Positions 1 to 6,217 of a stretch of DNA of 64,000 bases are shown piece by piece (position 1 is the stretch's first letter; each line of letters opens with the position of its first letter). The stretch comes from a virus (Duplodnaviria; Caudoviricetes). The position numbers and the translations under genes are program-made. The notes beneath the pieces were generated by a model. The model did not search any database, had not been told where the DNA came from, and saw nothing but the letters and a program-made list of their open reading frames with translations. The DNA lies in IMG/VR virus record IMGVR_UViG_3300033475_000014, positions 1-64,000 of that record; one strand, 5' to 3'.

Positions 1-3
1 AGT

Positions 4-384
4 TCACTTAATTTCTTTTACCTTTCCCTTATAATCCTTACTTCGTTTCTTCTCGTTACATTCAGAGCATACAGGTGCTAAGTTATTAGGGTCTGTACGA
101 CTCTCTGGGTGTCTTGCTTTAGATAGTTTATGTTCAGCTTCTAGGTAGGGTACCCATTTACCACATAGATAGCAGGTGTAGTATCCTTCGTGGTTAGGTT
201 TCTGGGTTTTCTTCCATTTAGCTACGGCTGAGGCTGTTTTCTTACCCTGCTTACCAATCCTATTAATTGGTTTAGATGGTTTGGCTTTACTCCTTTCCTT
301 TTGGCATTTAGCACATCTTGTTTGGGCCGAGTTCCATATGATGATAGAACGGCCACAGGACTTACACATCTTTTGTGTTGGCAT
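4..384 (-). CDS. HNH endonuclease-like protein at the NinG position
   Basis: CxxC pairs, then CYLCG...EHKLSK...NNLAPVCSECN HNH-like motif; SD AAGGAGG upstream. Confidence 0.7.
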   Translation of the reverse strand: MPTQKMCKSCGRSIIIWNSAQTRCAKCQKERSKAKPSKPINRIGKQGKKTASAVAKWKKTQKPNHEGYYTCYLCGKWVPYLEAEHKLSKARHPESRTDPNNLAPVCSECNEKKRSKDYKGKVKEIK

Positions 385-411
385 GTTCCTCCTTTTGTGA
401 ACTTTTACGGT

Positions 412-681
412 TGAGTATGTGAGGCAAGGATCTGACGAGATGGGTTTTCAGTATCGGTAATTATACCGTGCCTGGGTTCTCTCCCGCACCAGACGAATAT
501 GTCGCCTCAATATACTCGTATAGTCACCTTGCATGATACGCGCCGTTTTGACTTGCACTTATGCTTGCCTAGGCAGTGGTCACGTTCCTTATGGGATGGA
601 CACTTCTAATCCAACCCACGTATCTCTCCAGCCACATTAGTTCTGTGATAGCGTCTATCTATTCCGCCACTCACATACTCA
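412..681 (-). ncRNA. tRNA-like structured RNA, family A copy 1 (270 nt)
   Basis: 12-bp closing IR (412-423/670-681), Leu-type D arm TGGCGGAATAGATAGACGC, GCAAGG/CCTTGC and ACGAG/CTCGT stems; core shared with 41035-41209. Confidence 0.75.
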
Positions 682-759
682 TTTAGCGAGATAAATCTTT
701 GGGTTCTTATGTTTACCAGCCTGGAAAGCTACTTTATCTCGCCATAAAAATTCACAATA

Positions 760-868
760 GATTGAGTGTATGGTGCTGATAACAAGCAGTTCTAAAGCCA
801 CGGTATCCATGCCCTGTATATACCTCACGATATACACCTACTTGTTACCAGTACTACTACACTCAATC
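760..868 (-). ncRNA. Long-stem RNA, family B copy 1
   Basis: GATTGAGTGTA-G-TAGTACTGGTAACAAG ... CTTGTTATCAGCACCA-TACACTCAATC; homologues at 40873-40977 and 43620-43740. Confidence 0.75.
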
Positions 869-875
869 ACTCAAA

Positions 876-923
876 TTGTTAAAGTGTTGGCGGCCCTCGC
901 ATAGCCGCCAACTGGTTGTTAAA
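876..923 (-). promoter_or_regulatory. boxA-like / hairpin / boxA-like antitermination-type element
   Basis: Minus strand ATTTAACAA (923-916), TTGGCGGC-loop-GCCGCCAA hairpin (911-887), CACTTTAACAATTT (886-873), resembling rrn boxA CTCTTTAACAAT. Confidence 0.5.
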
Positions 924-1026
924 TTACGTCTTTTACTTTGCCTCGTACCACAATGTGGTGTGGTTGGTCTTTCTCGAGACTCTCGAAGTATATTTTAGTA
1001 TTACTCAGATTTGACTGGTTTAGCAT
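919..1026 (-). CDS. 35-aa hypothetical protein
   Basis: Read by eye; GGAGG SD 9 nt before ATG; MLNQSNLSNTKIYFESLEK...; stop lies inside the boxA-like site. Confidence 0.4.
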   Translation of the reverse strand: MLNQSNLSNTKIYFESLEKDQPHHIVVRGKVKDVI

Positions 1027-1204
1027 TTGTTTTAGCCTCCACAATTGAGCTTACTTGTTGGCTGATCTCACTGTAGAAGTTACTTCGTAATGTCCATCCA
1101 GTGATGGCACCAGTAGTTACCAGTACCATGGTTACAATTATACTCCACGGTAGAAGTGCAATTGCTACCTGCTTCTTTGTGTATGTAGGTTTTACAGAGC
1201 TCAT
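1001..1204 (-). CDS. Single-TM membrane protein
   Basis: Hydrophobic stretch VAIALLPWSIIVTMVLVTTGAITGW; TAATG overlap with the upstream ORF. Confidence 0.7.
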   Translation of the reverse strand: MSSVKPTYTKKQVAIALLPWSIIVTMVLVTTGAITGWTLRSNFYSEISQQVSSIVEAKTNAKPVKSE

Positions 1205-1302
1205 TAGTTTGGATACCCCGCTGCTACTAACATGATGTAGACAAACCCGTACGCCGCTAGAGCGATAAGAGTCGTCCTTGCTACTGATTTTATATTTTGC
1301 AT
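1204..1302 (-). CDS. 32-aa membrane peptide
   Basis: Read by eye; SD AAGGAG; MQNIKSVARTTLIALAAYGFVYIMLVAAGYPN. Confidence 0.6.
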   Translation of the reverse strand: MQNIKSVARTTLIALAAYGFVYIMLVAAGYPN

Positions 1303-1360
1303 ATGTTCTCCTTTTTATTTGAGCGGTGGAAGTGCCTTGTGGCGTAAATGGCGTGAGACC

Positions 1361-1390
1361 CTATTCATCTCGTTCCGTTGCTTTGGTCAT
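1361..1390 (-). other. Leader mini-ORF MTKATERDE
   Basis: AAGG-CTT-ATG ACC AAA GCA ... TAG just downstream of a leftward promoter near 1410-1440. Confidence 0.45.
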
Positions 1391-1418
1391 AAGCCTTATT
1401 AAGCTTATGTATATATAC

Positions 1419-1434
1419 TAGCACGGCTGTGCTA
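1419..1434. promoter_or_regulatory. Palindromic operator-like site TAGCAC-N4-GTGCTA
   Basis: Perfect 6-bp IR overlapping an extended -10; similar site at 5536-5551. Confidence 0.45.
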
Positions 1435-1439
1435 TTAAG

Positions 1440-1679
1440 TCAAGCGTTCTGTGGTACTTTCTTTCCGTTTCTTCGGCTGATAGCTCCACCTTTCTTACCG
1501 GCACACATAGGTTTAGTATGAGTAAAGCTGAATGAAGGACAGTTACACTCTTCCCGCTTATAGAATCCCCCTGTAGTTCCCCGTACACCTCCAATTTTTC
1601 CGATCTCTCGGAAGAAGTTAGGATTCTTCTCTAAATTACGCTTCGCTGCCTTTAATCCTCCAGTGCGTGTTCCTGATAT
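1440..1679 (-). CDS. KGG-motif small basic protein (probable ATA start)
   Basis: SGTRTGGLKAA...FFREIGKIGG..GTTGGF...AGKKGGAISRR resembles (from memory) MAGTKAGGxKAA proteins of Saccharibacteria; ATA sits at the expected Met position. Confidence 0.7.
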   Translation of the reverse strand: MSGTRTGGLKAAKRNLEKNPNFFREIGKIGGVRGTTGGFYKREECNCPSFSFTHTKPMCAGKKGGAISRRNGKKVPQNA

Positions 1680-2254
1680 GATGCTAATGCCTCTTTTCTC
1701 GCTACTTCTAATTTTAATTGTGCTTCTGGCATTGTAGCGTAGCCATTCTTCCTGTACGTTATCCCGTTTAGGGTAAATCCATATCCCCATTTATTTGCTT
1801 GGCGATAGATGTTTTTAGGTAACATGTATTTCTGGCGCTGCCTTGGCACATACTCGACTCCGCTTTGGGCGAGCTTGTATACTTTTTCAGCTTCCCTGGC
1901 TGTTTTATATCTTCCATAGAACTTTCCCCTATACCTGACAACGTAGGATTTTTTGCTGGAGTCCCAGCAGTATCCTACCGAATCCCTATTCCTAGAATTA
2001 TTCGCTTGTGTCGTAAGGCGTAGGTTAGACTTTCTATTATCTAGTCTGTTTCTGTTAAGGTGGTCAATCACTAGCTTATGATTGTCTATAGACCCATATA
2101 CTAAGTGGTGCATCCTAATATGTTTTTCTCCTCTTATCTGAGTCATGGCATAGCCGTTGTCGTTTATATACCATTTGAACCTGTTGAGGAGCCCATAATC
2201 TTCATCGTCGACTACTATACTTTTATCGTCATTCGTAGGAGATATTATCTTCAT
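1652..2254 (-). CDS. HNH homing endonuclease with AP2-like C-terminal DNA-binding region
   Basis: RMHHLV...IDHLNRNRLDNRKSNLR motif. Confidence 0.85.
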   Translation of the reverse strand: MKIISPTNDDKSIVVDDEDYGLLNRFKWYINDNGYAMTQIRGEKHIRMHHLVYGSIDNHKLVIDHLNRNRLDNRKSNLRLTTQANNSRNRDSVGYCWDSSKKSYVVRYRGKFYGRYKTAREAEKVYKLAQSGVEYVPRQRQKYMLPKNIYRQANKWGYGFTLNGITYRKNGYATMPEAQLKLEVARKEALASYQEHALED

Positions 2255-2261
2255 GATGACA

Positions 2262-2504
2262 CTAATTTTTATCCTTTCCTGTTTTACTTAGCTTCTCTGC
2301 TCGTTCTGCAAGCCCTTCTACGTCCCTGAATGGTCGTGAGGTACTCATCTTTCCACCTTTACTTGAAATAGCCTTCTGAAGCTCTATAACAGCCTCTTCT
2401 GAGCCATGACGCTCTATCATACGGCGTTTACGTTCTTTCTGATAGTTATCCCAGCTTCCGTACTTTTTAATAATGGTGGAGCGGTACTTATCGAAGTTAG
2501 TCAA
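2262..2504 (-). CDS. Hypothetical basic protein (KGG-like motif)
   Basis: ORF track; SSKGGK motif. Confidence 0.65.
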   Translation of the reverse strand: MTNFDKYRSTIIKKYGSWDNYQKERKRRMIERHGSEEAVIELQKAISSKGGKMSTSRPFRDVEGLAERAEKLSKTGKDKN

Positions 2505-2705
2505 TTAAGTAGCCTCCTTTATGGTTATGGACTCCCCGTCCTTTGTCCTGACAATTACCGCTGATACAACTCCCATCTTTTGTAGTGAATTTGCCATCAT
2601 GTCTACGTCATACATAGTCATTGAACCCTCTTTGACCTCAATGATGTATTTCTTCGAACGATCAATCTCGTGGGCTTTAAGTATGATGACGTCTATGTTA
2701 GTCAT
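2505..2705 (-). CDS. Hypothetical protein
   Basis: ORF tiles the early operon. Confidence 0.65.
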   Translation of the reverse strand: MTNIDVIILKAHEIDRSKKYIIEVKEGSMTMYDVDMMANSLQKMGVVSAVIVRTKDGESITIKEAT

Positions 2706-3075
2706 TCATATGTTCTCCTAGGTATTTAAGGGGGTCGTCAGATATTACCATCATTTGGAGATGATATTGCCAGCCGTGCCCATAGTCTAGACAATAACCG
2801 CCTGTTACATGATAACCGCCTGGGCAGCTGCTCTCCTCACCCCACAGTGACTTAGCAAATCTGTGATCGAACAAGAGTTCTTTTATTGGAAAGAACCAGA
2901 AACTTGCAGATGATCTAGCGTGGTGGCCGATTATCTGAACGCCGTCACCTACATCAAAATCATCGCCGTAATGAGCTCCCCATTTAGTCACTGGACGTCT
3001 GTCTCGCCAACCGGGTTTCCATCCTCCATCAACGGCCTTTTGGACAGCCGTCTCAAGTATCTCTTCGTTAGTCAT
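2698..3075 (-). CDS. Hypothetical protein
   Basis: ORF tiles the early operon; LFDHRFAKSLWGE...HLQMMV is a phage-type motif. Confidence 0.7.
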   Translation of the reverse strand: MTNEEILETAVQKAVDGGWKPGWRDRRPVTKWGAHYGDDFDVGDGVQIIGHHARSSASFWFFPIKELLFDHRFAKSLWGEESSCPGGYHVTGGYCLDYGHGWQYHLQMMVISDDPLKYLGEHMND

Positions 3076-3397
3076 TCTTGCTCTTCTTACTGTACTTATC
3101 TGATTTAACGTATTTACGCTTAGTAGCTGCAGTACGAGACTTTATTACGATTTTTGCGGGAATGGTTACGCTCTCCTTGGGTGGGGCTACCTCGATGTCT
3201 ATACCTAGATGTTCGATGATAGCGTCTACTTTACCTAGAATGGTAGCCTTCCTGATGGTTTTCATAGGTCGGTAGTAAATGCTGTGGTACGACTGGCTAT
3301 AATCGAGTTCTCTGTACGTTGATATATCCTCAGTCAGTGTCTTCCTAAGTTCTTTAATTTCATCTTCAAGTGCCTCTACTCTGCTTCTAGTAATCAT
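3068..3397 (-). CDS. Hypothetical protein
   Basis: ORF tiles the operon. Confidence 0.65.
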   Translation of the reverse strand: MITRSRVEALEDEIKELRKTLTEDISTYRELDYSQSYHSIYYRPMKTIRKATILGKVDAIIEHLGIDIEVAPPKESVTIPAKIVIKSRTAATKRKYVKSDKYSKKSKND

Positions 3398-3398
3398 A

Positions 3399-3875
3399 TT
3401 ATTTATCCTCCCCTAATAGCACAATGCGCCATTCCTTTTCATGTAGTTTGATAGATTCTTCAGCGTCTTTCCGTGTCTTAAATTTTACAGGTTCACCACT
3501 AACTGCCGTATAACCCACATCTACGCGTATGTTTTTACCATCATAGTAAGGGGAATAGAATTCATCTCCCAGCTTCCACTCATACCCCTTAGTATCTCCC
3601 TTAAGTACTTGTAGGGCTTTGAGGTAGGTCTGATGCTTTTGGACTTCTTGTCTTGTGCGGAAACAGTTTCCTATACTGACACGCTGCGGGTCTACGTTCC
3701 AGGAGTAAGAATACCTGGTGTTTCGTACATCCCCGTTATTGTCAAGATAGTAGTAAGCATCACCTTGCTTAGGCCAAGTATTATCCTCTAAAGCCTCAAT
3801 AAGCTTCTTCTTGTCTTCCTCGGTTAGTTTCTGTGTATCTAGTTCTATAGTTTGGTTTGATAGTTTAAGGTTCAT
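3399..3875 (-). CDS. Hypothetical protein
   Basis: ORF tiles the operon; GDAYYYLD...GNCFRTRQE phage-type motif. Confidence 0.7.
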   Translation of the reverse strand: MNLKLSNQTIELDTQKLTEEDKKKLIEALEDNTWPKQGDAYYYLDNNGDVRNTRYSYSWNVDPQRVSIGNCFRTRQEVQKHQTYLKALQVLKGDTKGYEWKLGDEFYSPYYDGKNIRVDVGYTAVSGEPVKFKTRKDAEESIKLHEKEWRIVLLGEDK

Positions 3876-4246
3876 TATTTCTGCTCCTCGCAGCTAATTA
3901 AGTTAGGGTACCAGCTAAAGAATCCATTACGCCATCCTGTAGTGTCACAACTATATTTCTTACCTACCTGAATCTGGTTATAAAGGTCTGAGCTATTCCA
4001 TTTACCATTCCAAAAGCTATCTGTGTTCTCATATACACCTTTATTTGTGTATACAAGGTACCGAGCGCCTTCACCGCTGCTGTTCACTACTCGCTCACTT
4101 TTACTTACAGTAAATGTAACCTGTTTATGTGTATGTACAGCAATTACACTAACAGTGGCCATTGTGATAAACAAACCTATAGCCAGCACACTTATGACTA
4201 TGTAGAATGCGTCCACAATTTCAAACCCATTTTCTCTATTCCTCAT
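3875..4246 (-). CDS. Membrane-anchored or secreted phage protein
   Basis: N-terminal TM helix; YLVYT..GVYENTDS..GKWNSSDLY motif. Confidence 0.7.
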   Translation of the reverse strand: MRNRENGFEIVDAFYIVISVLAIGLFITMATVSVIAVHTHKQVTFTVSKSERVVNSSGEGARYLVYTNKGVYENTDSFWNGKWNSSDLYNQIQVGKKYSCDTTGWRNGFFSWYPNLISCEEQK

Positions 4247-4257
4247 TATTTACTCCT

Positions 4258-4464
4258 TTATTCCTTATACCCGAACATTTCTACTACTGCTTCAGCAAAA
4301 TTCCTGGCAATAATCAGTATCGGTAGGCAGATTATGCCTGATATAGCTGTCAAGATCATAGCCTCCTTTATATCCATTATTGTAGTAAGCCATGCAAATG
4401 TGATTATTAATGCTATGAGGTATATAGCTGCTAAAAGTTTGTTACTCACACTCCCCACATTCAC
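4258..4464 (-). CDS. Two-TM membrane protein
   Basis: Two hydrophobic helices. Confidence 0.65.
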   Translation of the reverse strand: MNVGSVSNKLLAAIYLIALIITFAWLTTIMDIKEAMILTAISGIICLPILIIARNFAEAVVEMFGYKE

Positions 4465-4505
4465 AGTCTTGTAAAATATTATCGTTATCGTAGTAGCTAG
4501 GGCAT

Positions 4506-4721
4506 TTATACATCTTCAGTCATACCGTTTATGGACTTAATGACTTCGGTCATGTCTAGATCTTCTACAACCTGTTTGTATAGTTCTCGTTCAACATCTT
4601 TAGTGTGTTCTTCTTCTACATAACCATACTTAGCGTTTCCTTCGTCGTCTTCGCCTATCTTCCTGTACTCTTTAGACTTTACTTGCTCTGGTGCCGTCTT
4701 GAGGATAGTAATCTTGTACAT
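4506..4721 (-). CDS. Hypothetical protein
   Basis: ORF tiles the operon. Confidence 0.7.
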   Translation of the reverse strand: MYKITILKTAPEQVKSKEYRKIGEDDEGNAKYGYVEEEHTKDVERELYKQVVEDLDMTEVIKSINGMTEDV

Positions 4722-4723
4722 CT

Positions 4724-5440
4724 CTATTTCTCCTTAGTATCTAATGATTCAATAATCATCTGTGCGTCTACTTGACTCATTTCTCGTGGTTTAGTAATAC
4801 CAAACTCCGTAGCGAGATAGTCTGCACGTTGGCCTTTTTCTATACCGTGTTGGTCAAGTAGGTTGTTAATCATAAATATCTGGTTATCCGTTATGGTCGG
4901 CCCTTTGGTGCCACCTCCATAGGTAAATACTACCTTACCAGTTTTCTCGTTTACGATAGCCAATCCAATAATCTCCGAGGATAGGCTATAGCTAATGTCC
5001 CTTACCGAAAATCTATCGAATGTCTTGTATTTAATCTTGCCGTAGTTGTCCTTGCCAGATTCAACTAGACTTACATCATTCTTGTTCACCCAGATAAACG
5101 GTGCTGTATAAAGCTCCCGGCCAATACCTAGGTTAAAACAAGCACGTTTAAAACTGTCACTTGCTTCTCCCTTTACGGCCTCCGTATTACTTTCAGAACC
5201 AGCGTCCCACTTCCATATCCATTGGCCAAGACCTTCTTTATTGCTATAGATTGCTACGCCACAGTAGATATTACCTTTTAGTTCCTTATGGTCGCGCTGC
5301 CATCCATCAATGCCTAGAGTCTCGTCAAGTATGTTCTGGTCTACTCGTGCATCTTTATATAGAAGAAGTGAAACACCTTTTTCAGTAACAGTAGATACTC
5401 GGCATTCTACCTCGCTTGGTTTAAGTAGCCTAAACTTCAT
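4724..5440 (-). CDS. Rad52/Sak-like single-strand annealing recombinase
   Basis: YKDAR...ILDE...W..DAG...E..KGEASDSFKRACFNLGIGRELY motif. Confidence 0.85.
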   Translation of the reverse strand: MKFRLLKPSEVECRVSTVTEKGVSLLLYKDARVDQNILDETLGIDGWQRDHKELKGNIYCGVAIYSNKEGLGQWIWKWDAGSESNTEAVKGEASDSFKRACFNLGIGRELYTAPFIWVNKNDVSLVESGKDNYGKIKYKTFDRFSVRDISYSLSSEIIGLAIVNEKTGKVVFTYGGGTKGPTITDNQIFMINNLLDQHGIEKGQRADYLATEFGITKPREMSQVDAQMIIESLDTKEK

Positions 5441-5512
5441 TTAGAATCTCCAACTCATCGAAACTATCGACATCATCAGATACTAATGCTTTAATCTTGC
5501 TCATTTGGTCAT
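5430..5512 (-). other. Leader mini-ORFs MTK* (5512-5501) and a coupled 24-aa ORF (5504-5430)
   Basis: GAAAGG-AT-ATG ACC AAA TGA overlapping the next ATG; the second ORF overlaps the recombinase start. Confidence 0.45.
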
Positions 5513-5533
5513 ATCCTTTCTTGTTATCCTTAT

Positions 5534-5562
5534 TGTAGCACGACAGTGCTTGTAAAGCAATA
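5534..5562 (-). promoter_or_regulatory. Leftward early promoter with an embedded palindrome
   Basis: TTGCTT-17-TACAAT with extended TG; AGCAC-N4-GTGCT in the spacer. Confidence 0.65.
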
Positions 5563-5600
5563 CTATTTGCTACTAAAACTCTCTATGATATGATGTATCT

Positions 5601-5710
5601 TGAGTTGCGGTGTATTGCTTTGGTCATATAAAGTCTTGATACTCATCCGCAACTCGCTCCCTATTCCCACAGGGATAGAACGCCCTATGCCCACCCTAGG
5701 GCGTTTTCTT
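5601..5710 (+). ncRNA. Candidate antisense sRNA of phage A
   Basis: TTGCTA-16-TATGAT promoter with extended TG; 9-bp stem 5602-5610/5647-5655 displaying loop GGTCATAT; terminator-like hairpin AACGCCCT/AGGGCGTT followed by T-rich tract. Confidence 0.65.
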
Positions 5711-5816
5711 GTGGTAAAATAAGGGTATGACTAAGAACGATATATACGGAGATGGTATCTAATGGGCACACACATTCCAGCAGGGGCATAATAAGGCTTT
5801 GTGCTATAATGCAAAT

Positions 5817-5964
5817 ATCAGCCGATCCCTATAAGGCTGTAGCACCTTTCTCAAAACACAATATACGATCTCTGCATTAACTTTTTGCAGGGCGTGCTAG
5901 TTTAAATCTGCGGCCTCCCATGAATAATCTTCTACCCTCGATTATTACTAACCGCAGATTTTTT
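5817..5964 (+). ncRNA. Second candidate structured sRNA
   Basis: TGTGCTATAAT promoter (5800-5810); CAGCC/GGCTG, TAGCAC/GTGCTA and CTGCA/TGCAG stems; ATCTGCGG/CCGCAGAT hairpin plus T6. Confidence 0.5.
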
Positions 5965-6217
5965 ATGCCTCGTGACTTTTAATGAAGCTTGTGATATTAT
6001 CTGGTGTAGGAGTTTACATAGTTGTCTCAATACTCTATGTAAGCTCTCAGCCAAACAAACTGGTTTGGGGTATTGCAAAGGACAAGTATCTGCGCTAATA
6101 TAAGAAGCGAGACAACTATGTAACCAATGACTGCCCCACCAAAGGCAGTTTTTTGGATCTAAAAATAACACCCCGGCCGGGTCATTAAACGAACAATCCG
6201 ATTCGTATCTATTACTT

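Noticed and set aside
412-681. tmRNA or group I intron-containing tRNA
   Set aside because: tmRNA lacks a D stem and needs a tag ORF; the inserts are too short and show no P7-type core motifs that I could see.
395-868. Retron or DGR interpretation of the IR-flanked RNAs
   Set aside because: No reverse transcriptase ORF in the window and no TR/VR pair with A-specific mismatches noticed.
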